This document shows, one piece after another, positions 34,684 through 43,299 of a stretch of 64,000 nt of DNA; positions within the stretch are counted from its first letter, which is position 1; every line of letters starts with the position of its first letter. Where the stretch lies: sequence record LC667451.1; one strand, given 5' to 3'. The position numbers and the translations under genes were made by a program. Below the pieces are notes generated by a model, which saw nothing but the letters and a program-made list of their open reading frames with translations, was not told the origin of the DNA and ran no database searches.

Positions 34684-35043
34684 TTAGTGCACGTTGATCT
34701 TGTTGTCTGGAATCAGTTCTTCTGCGAACTTCGTCCAATCGACAACGCGGTTGTTGTTATCCAGCCGGAACAGATACGTCACCTGCGCAGGCGGCGTCAC
34801 ATTCATGACCTTAACAAAGAGCCGGTAGCCAATGTGTTTCGTTTGGCCATCGAGACTGAATTCGACCAGCCCGAAATTCCACTCGAAATCGACGAGCTTG
34901 AGTTCCTTGGCCATGCGATCAAGGGCCTGCAGTTCCTTCTCCCACTTGGCCAATACTGCTTGGCCTGCTTCACCTTCCGCAGCAGTGGCATTGAGCCACT
35001 TGGTGAAGTCATCGGGAAAAGCCTTGATGTCCTTTGCTTCCAC
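34684..35043 (-). CDS. hypothetical protein
   Basis: GTG start, AGGAG SD. Confidence 0.7.
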   Translation of the reverse strand: MEAKDIKAFPDDFTKWLNATAAEGEAGQAVLAKWEKELQALDRMAKELKLVDFEWNFGLVEFSLDGQTKHIGYRLFVKVMNVTPPAQVTYLFRLDNNNRVVDWTKFAEELIPDNKINVH

Positions 35044-35052
35044 TCGGGTCTC

Positions 35053-35436
35053 CTAATCAAACTTGATGTCGCGCAGGGACTGCTTAGCGGGTTTGCGCAA
35101 CCAACCGAAGCTGAGCACCCAGCGCGTTCCGGTTTCGATCTTGGTCACGCTATGCACTTGTTCGTCAGGACGAAACAGCGCAATCCGCCACCAACGGAAG
35201 ATGCACTTCTCGCATTCGAACTTGCCTCCGAGCTTTGGTCGCCTCACTTCGATGTTGAGTCGGTAGTGACGCTGATCGAAATTGGCCTTGTCCTTGTGTG
35301 GGGGAATTGACGAGCCAGTCGGATAGTAGATCACGTGCATGTCGACCTTGAAGCGCTTGTTATTCACCAGCGTCAAGATCCGATAGCCGCTTAACTGCCG
35401 TCCGAGCTCCCACTTAGGCAGTAGGCGTTTGAGCAT
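35053..35436 (-). CDS. 2OG-Fe(II) oxygenase
   Basis: HKD...H...R facial triad and 2OG-binding Arg (VHSV...RWVLS). Confidence 0.82.
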   Translation of the reverse strand: MLKRLLPKWELGRQLSGYRILTLVNNKRFKVDMHVIYYPTGSSIPPHKDKANFDQRHYRLNIEVRRPKLGGKFECEKCIFRWWRIALFRPDEQVHSVTKIETGTRWVLSFGWLRKPAKQSLRDIKFD

Positions 35437-35605
35437 TGCTCTCCCTCGCCTTGTTAACGCGACGATTTTGGGATTGATCCTTGAGAATCTCGGTGTAGAG
35501 CTTTAAGCCCAGTGCCAAGATCCCCAAGTTCACGGCCGTGAGCAACAGAGTGCTCACGAACATGATCCCAGACACAATCAACAGTGTAGTGGGATTGAAG
35601 GGCAT
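35414..35605 (-). CDS. small membrane protein
   Basis: long hydrophobic segment. Confidence 0.6.
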   Translation of the reverse strand: MPFNPTTLLIVSGIMFVSTLLLTAVNLGILALGLKLYTEILKDQSQNRRVNKARESNAQTPTA

Positions 35606-35895
35606 TATTCCGCGCGCTCCAGATCCTTCTCGGTCACGCGCGGTTCAGCCTTGGGCGGTTCCGGCGGGATGTCCTGCAGCCAGTCTTCCGCGCAGTCCAC
35701 TTCCATGCCGATGCCGCCATGCTCGGAGATGAACTCCATGCCGTCGGCCGAAGCGACACGCCAGATCGGACCATGCAGCGAATGCTCGTGGCCGTACAGG
35801 AACTTCGCCACACACTTGCGCCCGACCGACGGGCCATTGGGACCATTGGCCGAACCGATGATCAAATACGTCTTACCTGCTTGTACGCGCGACAT
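35605..35895 (-). CDS. hypothetical protein
   Basis: GGAGG SD; coupled. Confidence 0.75.
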   Translation of the reverse strand: MSRVQAGKTYLIIGSANGPNGPSVGRKCVAKFLYGHEHSLHGPIWRVASADGMEFISEHGGIGMEVDCAEDWLQDIPPEPPKAEPRVTEKDLERAE

Positions 35896-36302
35896 TACGC
35901 CGCCTCCTTTGCTTCTGCGCCCGTGTTCAGGCGGCCTTGTTTCGGTTTTGCAAGCAGACGCATCATCGTGAGCAGGTTCGGCACTTCCGAGACCTCCGTG
36001 ATGTCCACCAGCCAGTGTTCCACCGAGCGCGATTCGCGCAAAGACAAACGAATGCCGCAGTAGTACGGGCGGCTCTTGTCCTTGTCTTGCACAATCGGAC
36101 GCAGCGTGAACTTACGGCCGTCCGTGCAGTGGAACTCATGCACGTTATGGCCCTGACGCCAAGACGCGAAGCCGAGGTGCTTGACTGCGCCTTCCATCGC
36201 CTCGATGAAGGGACGAATATATTCGGCGTGGTGATCGGCATTCTCATACGTGCCGGTGATACCACGACTGTCCTTGCGGATCAAACCAACTTTTGTTTCC
36301 AT
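35895..36302 (-). CDS. hypothetical protein
   Basis: coupled ORF. Confidence 0.75.
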   Translation of the reverse strand: METKVGLIRKDSRGITGTYENADHHAEYIRPFIEAMEGAVKHLGFASWRQGHNVHEFHCTDGRKFTLRPIVQDKDKSRPYYCGIRLSLRESRSVEHWLVDITEVSEVPNLLTMMRLLAKPKQGRLNTGAEAKEAA

Positions 36303-36362
36303 TTCCTAGCTCCTAATAAGCTTAGTGAAGACCCGACTCCAAGTCTGGGCCAGCGGGTACTA

Positions 36363-36473
36363 CTAACGAACGAGATGATGGTGACACGACGGACAGTAGA
36401 ACCGTCCACCACCTTCATCTAGCATTGCGTGCTTACAGTTCGGACACTGTTGTATCTTCACTGGTGAGAACAT
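36363..36473 (-). CDS. 36-aa zinc-ribbon peptide (MFSPVKIQQCPNCKHAMLDEGGGRFYCPSCHHHLVR)
   Basis: manual translation; CxxC-x13-CxxC. Confidence 0.55.
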   Translation of the reverse strand: MFSPVKIQQCPNCKHAMLDEGGGRFYCPSCHHHLVR

Positions 36474-36486
36474 CGGCGGAACTCGA

Positions 36487-36918
36487 TTAACGAGTTTGTT
36501 GAGCAGCTGTTTGAGCTTGTTCACTTCTTTGCTCCTCCTCCATCATCGCCTGCTGAATAACGCGTAATGCGTCGACCCACGCTGGCGATGGATTAAACAA
36601 CAACTCCTGCATCTTGCGCGCGACAACGCACTGCGGCCACGGCGTAATCGATGCGTCTCCTGCAAACGGATCGTTCAGCGCAAACGTAAAACCTGACATG
36701 TAGTATCGAACATCACGCCGCGGATAACGCTTGCATGCGATGCGCATGATGTTGGCGCGAGCCGCAATTTCCGCGTAGTCGCGATGCTCAATACCCGCAG
36801 GCGGAGCAGGCACTAAAAACTTGCAAACGTTCCGTGCGAGTGTGCCGACTGGATTCAGTGGCTCGCCGTTCTTGTTATCGAAAAGCTCGTATGCAGCGAG
36901 CACTGTAATCGTGGACAT
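36487..36918 (-). CDS. hypothetical protein
   Basis: AAGGA SD. Confidence 0.7.
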   Translation of the reverse strand: MSTITVLAAYELFDNKNGEPLNPVGTLARNVCKFLVPAPPAGIEHRDYAEIAARANIMRIACKRYPRRDVRYYMSGFTFALNDPFAGDASITPWPQCVVARKMQELLFNPSPAWVDALRVIQQAMMEEEQRSEQAQTAAQQTR

Positions 36919-36927
36919 GCCTATCCT

Positions 36928-37257
36928 TTACTGGTCAGGGGTTTCGAGCGCGTAGTTGATCGTGAACTGACGGATCTCCGAAGCACTGGGACCCATCTTG
37001 ACCCACTTGAGAATCACTTGGTCATTGCTGACCGTGATCGTCTTGGAGTCCGACTGCAGCATCTCGTCGATCTCGTCCTTGCAGAAGAGACCGCTCTCGC
37101 GCATATTGCGCAACGTGGCATCGATGCCGAGAATCGCCGCAGTCACCAGCGAACCTGCTTCTTGATTTTGCAGGTGGCTCGTGAGATTGAGACTCGTATC
37201 GAGCTTCTTGTCCGGAATCGGATCGCGACCTTCTTTGATGTTTGTCAAATCCATCAT
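36928..37257 (-). CDS. hypothetical protein
   Basis: ATGA overlap with the upstream gene. Confidence 0.65.
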   Translation of the reverse strand: MMDLTNIKEGRDPIPDKKLDTSLNLTSHLQNQEAGSLVTAAILGIDATLRNMRESGLFCKDEIDEMLQSDSKTITVSNDQVILKWVKMGPSASEIRQFTINYALETPDQ

Positions 37258-37523
37258 GTCTCCGGGAGTGTTTTCGAGACCCACGACGGCGAATGTCTCG
37301 AGAAAAAAGGCGATGCGTTCAGACTGGTCTTGTCCGCCGTATCAATTTGGGCGTGAGAGTCAATCTCACCGAAAGTCGTACCCGGCGTTTGAGCAGGCAT
37401 CCAGCGCTCACGCGCATCCGTAAGCTCCCGCACGAGCTCAGGTGGATAGTTCAATTCACGCAAACGACCATCGTGCCATTCGCGGAATTGCCGAATCTGT
37501 TCAGCGGACCACGTACTTTTCAC
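37254..37523 (-). CDS. hypothetical protein
   Basis: GTG start 5 nt after GGAGG. Confidence 0.55.
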   Translation of the reverse strand: MKSTWSAEQIRQFREWHDGRLRELNYPPELVRELTDARERWMPAQTPGTTFGEIDSHAQIDTADKTSLNASPFFSRHSPSWVSKTLPET

Positions 37524-37698
37524 TGAGCCTCCGAATCGATTCAGGTACTTCGTTCGTGGGTTTGAGCGTGAACGACTGGCGGCCCGTACGCAGGACAAAC
37601 AGTCGACCATCCGTCACTTCCTTGAGCAACGCATCACCAGTCAGGCCGTTGTACGTTGCAGCGCGGATGGCATTCTTCTCAGCTTCCGTCAATTCCAT
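37501..37698 (-). CDS. hypothetical protein
   Basis: start placed at MELTE. Confidence 0.55.
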   Translation of the reverse strand: MELTEAEKNAIRAATYNGLTGDALLKEVTDGRLFVLRTGRQSFTLKPTNEVPESIRRLSEKYVVR

Positions 37699-37699
37699 T

Positions 37700-38650
37700 T
37701 TAAACCCTTGCAGTTGTAATACCGAGTTGGCCCTGATACTTGCCCTGACGCAGCGCGTACGAGACTTCGCACGGGTCACCCTTCAGGAACATGAACTGGG
37801 CAATCCCCATGTCAGCGTAGACCTTCATGGGCAGCGGTGTCTGGTTGGCGATCTCGATCACCACCTGACCTTCGAAGCCCGGCTCGATCGGCGTCACGTT
37901 GATCGCGCAGCCTGCACGCGCGTACGTCGACTTGCCGACACAGATCGCCACCACATCTTCCGGCATGCGGAAATATTCGATCGTGTGGCCGAGCACGTAG
38001 CTGTTCGGCGGAATCACCACGTAGTCACCTTCGTGATCGACGTAGGCCTTTTCCGGCATGTTCAGCGGATCGATGATCTCCGAGAAGACGTTCGTGAAGA
38101 TCTTGAACTTACGACCCAGCCGCACATCGTAACCCATGCTGCTGGTGCCGTACGAGATGACCTTCTTCTTCAGCGGATTGTTGCGATAAGCTTCCAGTGT
38201 GAAGAGAGCCGACTTGTACAGGTCGATCTGCGCGTGACGAGCCGGATCGTCGATGTAACGCTTGAGTACGTGGATGTCGTTCAAGCCGAAGCCGTGAACA
38301 CGCATCCCTTCGTGATCATCTGTTGTCCGAACCTGACGCGGCTCGAACGGATAGATCATGCGTCCCCACTTTTGCAGGCTTTCGCGTGCTGTCTGGGACA
38401 GGTTCTCTAGCGCGGGATCGGGAACCAGACCACCCCCCGGTGCAAAGCCCCGTTGTTCTTCCGGTGTAAGCGCCTTCAGATCCTTGCCGTGCTCTTCCAT
38501 GAACTTGCTGGTATAGCGATGGCCGGTGTTCACCGAGTAGAACTCATCGCCCACTACGGCATAGAGGCTACGTTCCCGATCCGGACCATTCCACGTAGAA
38601 TGGGTCGGGACGAGGCAGAGTGAGCGAATTGCTCTGTCGTTAAGAATCAT
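37700..38650 (-). CDS. dcd: dCTP deaminase with two N-terminal in-frame insertions
   Basis: ISYGTSS.GYDVR, GKSTYARAG, TPIEPGFEG...EI.N, GIAQF.F, KYQGQ. Confidence 0.92.
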   Translation of the reverse strand: MILNDRAIRSLCLVPTHSTWNGPDRERSLYAVVGDEFYSVNTGHRYTSKFMEEHGKDLKALTPEEQRGFAPGGGLVPDPALENLSQTARESLQKWGRMIYPFEPRQVRTTDDHEGMRVHGFGLNDIHVLKRYIDDPARHAQIDLYKSALFTLEAYRNNPLKKKVISYGTSSMGYDVRLGRKFKIFTNVFSEIIDPLNMPEKAYVDHEGDYVVIPPNSYVLGHTIEYFRMPEDVVAICVGKSTYARAGCAINVTPIEPGFEGQVVIEIANQTPLPMKVYADMGIAQFMFLKGDPCEVSYALRQGKYQGQLGITTARV

Positions 38651-38712
38651 CGTTTCGGTCCTTGTTTTCTTTGAAGTTCCATCACCTACACTATCACCCT
38701 ACAGCGTAATTA

Positions 38713-39123
38713 TTACTCTAGGATCAAGGGTTTACCGGCAATCGAGATGTGGCGTTCCGCAAACGCCTTGAGGAATGCCTTGAACTCGGGATCGGGTTCG
38801 ACATTGTGGTCGCTCAGGTAGTGACGATAACCCTGTGGCCACGTGAAGCCACCCAACACGAATTCCTTGGTGCCGTTCATCTCACCACAGATCCGACAAT
38901 GCGACCAGCCGCGATAGTGATGGACATCAGCATCGGGATATTCGTCCTGATAACGGCTGTGACCAGGCTTGAAATTTGCCGCTTTGTCGTCGTTCTCCAT
39001 CGTCAGTTGGAGCGCTGTCAAGACTGCCATGTAGTGACTCCGACCACGCCACGCCGTGATCCCTGCTTCAGGCATCGGCAATTCCGGCTCCGACTCGCTG
39101 TACCAAAATCCTACCTTCTTCAT
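38713..39123 (-). CDS. hypothetical protein (Y.G.S.CR.C...NG..E....F.WP.G..HY...H family)
   Basis: recognised widespread motif; GGAGG SD. Confidence 0.75.
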   Translation of the reverse strand: MKKVGFWYSESEPELPMPEAGITAWRGRSHYMAVLTALQLTMENDDKAANFKPGHSRYQDEYPDADVHHYRGWSHCRICGEMNGTKEFVLGGFTWPQGYRHYLSDHNVEPDPEFKAFLKAFAERHISIAGKPLILE

Positions 39124-39133
39124 TGTGCCCTCC

Positions 39134-39511
39134 TCAGAGCTCTACACGTGCGTCTTCTGTGGACACGGAAGCCCCATACTGTCGTAGGAACTCCCGTGCC
39201 GCGTTAAAGGTGTTGTCGCCCCATTCGCGCCAGTCTTCGATCAACCAAAGCTTGCCCGAGCCGGGTTGGTTCGGTATGGCTTCGGCATGACGAATATGAC
39301 GCCATACTGCGTACTCGGCTGAAGTTTGCGGGACCTCTTTATCCGCAGTCTTCATAGCCAACGACGGGATAGATTTGAAGTCTTCTATCTCCACTGACCC
39401 ATCGACCCATGGACTGCACATCTCGATCACACACCAGGCAATTGAGTGACCGGCTGTTTCGATTGTGCCCAGTTCGTCTTCGGGAATATCGACTGCGATC
39501 TGGGCACCCAT
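39134..39511 (-). CDS. hypothetical protein
   Basis: coupled ORF. Confidence 0.7.
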   Translation of the reverse strand: MGAQIAVDIPEDELGTIETAGHSIAWCVIEMCSPWVDGSVEIEDFKSIPSLAMKTADKEVPQTSAEYAVWRHIRHAEAIPNQPGSGKLWLIEDWREWGDNTFNAAREFLRQYGASVSTEDARVEL

Positions 39512-39819
39512 CAGCCTTTCTCCTGACGAGCCAAGTAAGCCTGCACCCGAGCGATTTCCTCAGGTGTCGGGTCTTTTGGCAGTTTGTCGAATTCGACAGG
39601 TTCCAGATACGTCTTGATCTTCTTGACAAAGCCGATCTGCACACCGCAACTCTCGCACCAGCAGTGGCCGTTCGGGACGTTCTCTTCCAGCATCTCGTCC
39701 ATCACGATGCCTTCGTCGATGTCTTCGAGCTTCTTGTCCGCGTCGGATAAACGTGTCACGTAACGCACGATATTTTCACAGCGCGGGCAATCGAAAACGA
39801 TGTCGTAACAGATCCCCAT
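39511..39819 (-). CDS. zinc-ribbon protein
   Basis: CPRC ... CESC. Confidence 0.65.
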   Translation of the reverse strand: MGICYDIVFDCPRCENIVRYVTRLSDADKKLEDIDEGIVMDEMLEENVPNGHCWCESCGVQIGFVKKIKTYLEPVEFDKLPKDPTPEEIARVQAYLARQEKG

Positions 39820-40772
39820 TATTCGTTCTCCTTCTTGGTGATCTCGTCCTTCACTTCATTCAGACGCTTGGCAAGTTCGGGATCACGTTGAACGACCGGG
39901 AAGTGCAAAGCACGGACATGGCGGTCAGCGGCAGTGTGACTGTGGATCTTGTCACCATTGCCGATGGTCACATGAGTGAGGGTCGGACCTGCTGGATCGA
40001 ATCCCAGCATGGCCACGGGCTTGCCTTTGATCGACGCTTCGACTTCCACGAAACTCTTGCCCGGCGGATCGATCTCATGAGCTTCGTCCAGAATCACGAT
40101 CGGCTCGATCACATTCGGGTACATCTGTTCCAGTTCCTTACGGGACTGTTCCATGAAATACTCGATGTGCTTCTTCGGTGTCTGCGGACCGACCACGATA
40201 CCGCCGACCAGTGATTCGAGCGGGCTGTAGTGCAACCACGGGCGATGGCTATTGGTGCGTGTCGGGAAGTCACCGTAGATCGTCTTCTTGCCCTGCCAGT
40301 CTTCACCGACACGCTTGCGCAGCTTCGCCTTGCGCCACATGTGCGGATGCTCAAACGCGATGCGATACGTCGGTGAGCGCTCCATGCGTTCGCAGTAACG
40401 CAATGCCGCGCGTTGCGTCGTGAAGAAATAGTCGACCGTCGTTTTGACGGCCCACTCACTCACATCGGTGAAGATGCCGAACGCACTGCAATCGAAATGG
40501 TGCTTTTCCGAATAGACTTCGTCGTACCAGACGCGTCCTTCAAACGTCCAATCGGCATGCTTGAGATGACCCAGACCATCAAGATCATCTTCGACCATAG
40601 TGCGAAACGGTTTCTTGGTGATCTCGACGCGAACTGGTGCGGCCAGCAGGTCTACTGGATTGCCATTTGCAAGAACTTCGCGCCACTTCTTTTCAATCCT
40701 GGTGCGCACCAACCAGAATACCTTGCCTGCTTTGATGTCTTTGAACTGCACACGACCTGCTTTCGATGCCAT
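39819..40772 (-). CDS. hypothetical protein
   Basis: 317-aa ORF, AAGGAG SD. Confidence 0.8.
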   Translation of the reverse strand: MASKAGRVQFKDIKAGKVFWLVRTRIEKKWREVLANGNPVDLLAAPVRVEITKKPFRTMVEDDLDGLGHLKHADWTFEGRVWYDEVYSEKHHFDCSAFGIFTDVSEWAVKTTVDYFFTTQRAALRYCERMERSPTYRIAFEHPHMWRKAKLRKRVGEDWQGKKTIYGDFPTRTNSHRPWLHYSPLESLVGGIVVGPQTPKKHIEYFMEQSRKELEQMYPNVIEPIVILDEAHEIDPPGKSFVEVEASIKGKPVAMLGFDPAGPTLTHVTIGNGDKIHSHTAADRHVRALHFPVVQRDPELAKRLNEVKDEITKKENE

Positions 40773-40797
40773 TGTAATTCTCCTTGTAACGTAACGG

Positions 40798-41037
40798 TTA
40801 CTGCTTCTTATCCTGCTCGTCCAACCACTTCAGGTGTTCTTCGATCACCTTGCGCGGCGTGTAGATCAGCAGCTGTCGCCAAGCGCGCTTATCCACGGCC
40901 TTGATTTCACGCGGATTACGACCGCAGCATTCAGCGACATAATTCAGCCGATCCTCGATACGCTCCGCAATGTTCTCGGGCGTATCGGGACCGGCATGAT
41001 TGAGCCCATGGATCGGATGGTAGTTCGGTCTGTTCAT
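40798..41037 (-). CDS. hypothetical protein
   Basis: coupled ORF. Confidence 0.65.
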   Translation of the reverse strand: MNRPNYHPIHGLNHAGPDTPENIAERIEDRLNYVAECCGRNPREIKAVDKRAWRQLLIYTPRKVIEEHLKWLDEQDKKQ

Positions 41038-41234
41038 GGCATCCCTGCGAACGAATCCAACACCATCAAGGGACCCTTCTTCATTTCCGCGTAATCTTCA
41101 CGCGTGAGAACAGGCAACTTCGGTGCCGTGAACAAGCCCAGCTTCTGGAACTGTTCAGTGGCACGTCTCAGACGACCCGTGAAGTCTTCCGAGTCGTAAA
41201 TGATTTCGCCCTTCTCATTGGTAAACACAGCCAT
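41034..41234 (-). CDS. hypothetical protein
   Basis: ATGA overlap with the upstream gene. Confidence 0.6.
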   Translation of the reverse strand: MAVFTNEKGEIIYDSEDFTGRLRRATEQFQKLGLFTAPKLPVLTREDYAEMKKGPLMVLDSFAGMP

Positions 41235-41665
41235 CAGTGAATCTCCTTGTTCAATTGCTTCCACGCTTCCAGCACGATCAGAAAACGCTGATATTGCGGC
41301 ATGTCACCCGGTGCATTCACGAGCAACTCCATTTCATCGCGTTTAGCGACACACAGATGACCTGCGTCAAAGGCCCGCAGGAGCTCCGGTGTGACTTCCC
41401 GATAGGGTAACGTGTAAATGCCTTGCAGGATGGAGCGCGCACCCAAATCGATTTGCTCTTCGATCGGTCGCGGCTCCAGTCTCAGATAAGCGACGTCGCG
41501 GCTATCCACGTACCCGAAAATATCAAAGACATTTTCCGAGAAACCTTTCTCTGCAGCTTTACGGCTGAGACTGATCATCAGGTCAGTGATGTGCTCTTTA
41601 AACAACTGCGAGATGTGCAGCACACGTACGTACTCGGGATTGGTCGGGACTTGGATAATCGGCAT
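41234..41665 (-). CDS. hypothetical protein
   Basis: ORF track. Confidence 0.7.
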   Translation of the reverse strand: MPIIQVPTNPEYVRVLHISQLFKEHITDLMISLSRKAAEKGFSENVFDIFGYVDSRDVAYLRLEPRPIEEQIDLGARSILQGIYTLPYREVTPELLRAFDAGHLCVAKRDEMELLVNAPGDMPQYQRFLIVLEAWKQLNKEIH

Positions 41666-41675
41666 ACGAGCACTC

Positions 41676-42026
41676 TTAATGGATGGTCTGTCGAAACGGC
41701 AACAGTTCTACGATCTTGCCCAGTTCCGAGAGACGCAGAAACACTTCCGAAACCTGTGTCTTCACGACCTTCTCTTCGTAATTATCGAAGGTCACGATAA
41801 ACACATGGCCGTATTGAGGTGTGCCAAAACCCGGTACTTCAAAACGACGGGCTTCTGTTAGCGCTACGGAGATCTCCGCCAGACCACACGGGTCGTAGCG
41901 TTGGAGTTGTTTGTAATACCAGGCACCAAACGCGTCGTCGAGCAACTCCGTCTCGACATGATTGGCAACGTACACACGGGCCACATAGTCAAACGCAATA
42001 CGCTTGACTCGCGAGATGTCAACCAC
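41676..42026 (-). CDS. hypothetical protein
   Basis: GTG start, GAGGAGG SD. Confidence 0.7.
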   Translation of the reverse strand: MVDISRVKRIAFDYVARVYVANHVETELLDDAFGAWYYKQLQRYDPCGLAEISVALTEARRFEVPGFGTPQYGHVFIVTFDNYEEKVVKTQVSEVFLRLSELGKIVELLPFRQTIH

Positions 42027-42050
42027 GATTACCTCCTCAGGTCCACGTGG

Positions 42051-42308
42051 TTAAAACGGCCACTTGAGCGCGTCGTACTCGCCCTTGAAGACCTTCCAGG
42101 CAATCTTCAGTCGCTTGAGTAGGCAGAAGCCTTGCCAGCCCATCGGGCGCGCAGGCACCCAGTGCACATTGTCGATTGACGTGTGCGTTTGCCAGTTGTT
42201 CTTCTCGAACTGCTCGGGCGTGAACACACCCGGCACGCCGCCGCCATTGCTTTGCAACTTGTTCGGCCGTGCCGTCTTGCCGCGAACCATGCCTACCGTG
42301 CTCATCAC
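42051..42308 (-). CDS. conserved small phage protein (WVPARP..RLK.AW.VF.G..DAL.W)
   Basis: recognised widespread phage motif. Confidence 0.8.
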   Translation of the reverse strand: MMSTVGMVRGKTARPNKLQSNGGGVPGVFTPEQFEKNNWQTHTSIDNVHWVPARPMGWQGFCLLKRLKIAWKVFKGEYDALKWPF

Positions 42309-42317
42309 TTCTTCTCC

Positions 42318-42680
42318 TTAGAAATCGTAAGTCTGACAGATCCGGACATTCAAGTCCTGGGTGAGAAAACGTTTGAACTCCAGCATCAACTCGTACGAGC
42401 TCATGCCGTTGTTGATAAAGCTGTGACGTTGGTGCCACACCACCACGGTTGTCACGTAGTGGCGCGTACGACGACGGAACTGGGTCAGGTAGTTCGCCTG
42501 ATGAAAGAGCATTTCGTGGAATTCCGCAATATCACGAAATGGTCCTACGGGTTCACTCATGATCCAATCACGCCAGATCCAGTCACAGGCTTTGATAGCC
42601 ATGCGACGACCCTTTCTACGCGACTTGATGCGACAGTACCGTTTGTAAGCGATACGTGATTTGGCTCGCTTGCTCAGCAT
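42318..42680 (-). CDS. hypothetical basic protein
   Basis: AAGGAG SD, downstream of an early promoter. Confidence 0.7.
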   Translation of the reverse strand: MLSKRAKSRIAYKRYCRIKSRRKGRRMAIKACDWIWRDWIMSEPVGPFRDIAEFHEMLFHQANYLTQFRRRTRHYVTTVVVWHQRHSFINNGMSSYELMLEFKRFLTQDLNVRICQTYDF

Positions 42681-42716
42681 AACTGCTCCTTGAGGGGTTG
42701 TTTAGTGCTCCTTCTG

Positions 42717-42744
42717 GTAATATATCGTTGAAAACTGGTTCATT
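42717..42744 (-). promoter_or_regulatory. phage early-type promoter
   Basis: AATGAACCAGTTTTCAACGATATATTAC. Confidence 0.7.
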
Positions 42745-42762
42745 ACAAAGAAAAAAGAAGCG

Positions 42763-42790
42763 AATAGAAAGGGGAGGCCGAAGCCTCCCC
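42763..42790 (-). terminator. hairpin terminator (TTCG loop)
   Basis: GGGGAGGC/GCCTCCCC stem, T-rich tail. Confidence 0.7.
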
Positions 42791-42813
42791 GATCTTAATC
42801 CATCCGGCTGCGT

Positions 42814-43260
42814 TTAGTCGGCGAACGAAGCGACAACTGCACGCATGGTCTTGTTGGCCTGTTCATCCGTGGTACCGGACGGGAACTTCAGGCCGATCGA
42901 ACGACCGCCCTTGGCCGTCAGCTTGACCATGCCCGTGTCGCGGAACATCGGCGACTGCGAAGGACGGCCGTCGGTGCCCGTGGCCTTCTTGGCTTCAGCT
43001 TGCACAGCGACTTGTTCGATCGGCTTGGCGACAGCGCCGAGCGAGTTCAGTTGGTCGTCGGCTTGTGCCGCCAGGATGGTACGCGGTTCGATGTTCAGAG
43101 CTTCGCCGAACTTCTTCGCCAAGAGCGGCGAGAATTCCATCGAGCCGTCGACGAGCAAATCGAACTCGTCAGCCGGGATGCCCACCAGGTTGATCACTTC
43201 TTCTTTGTTCGTGCCCTTCAGAGCGGTCTTCAGGAGCTTGACGATTGCTTTCGTTGCCAT
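42814..43260 (-). CDS. HigA/XRE-like HTH protein
   Basis: EVINLVGIP..EF..LVDG....SP.LA.KFGEALNI.P..IL.AQ pattern. Confidence 0.6.
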   Translation of the reverse strand: MATKAIVKLLKTALKGTNKEEVINLVGIPADEFDLLVDGSMEFSPLLAKKFGEALNIEPRTILAAQADDQLNSLGAVAKPIEQVAVQAEAKKATGTDGRPSQSPMFRDTGMVKLTAKGGRSIGLKFPSGTTDEQANKTMRAVVASFAD

Positions 43261-43299
43261 GGTACTTTCTTTCCTTATTTCGGTTGAGGTGAGGACTGC

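Noticed and set aside
36928-37698. Programmed frameshift linking three overlapping ORFs
   Set aside because: Each ORF has its own plausible start (GGAGG-GTG at 37523; ATGA overlap at 37257), so no frameshift is needed.
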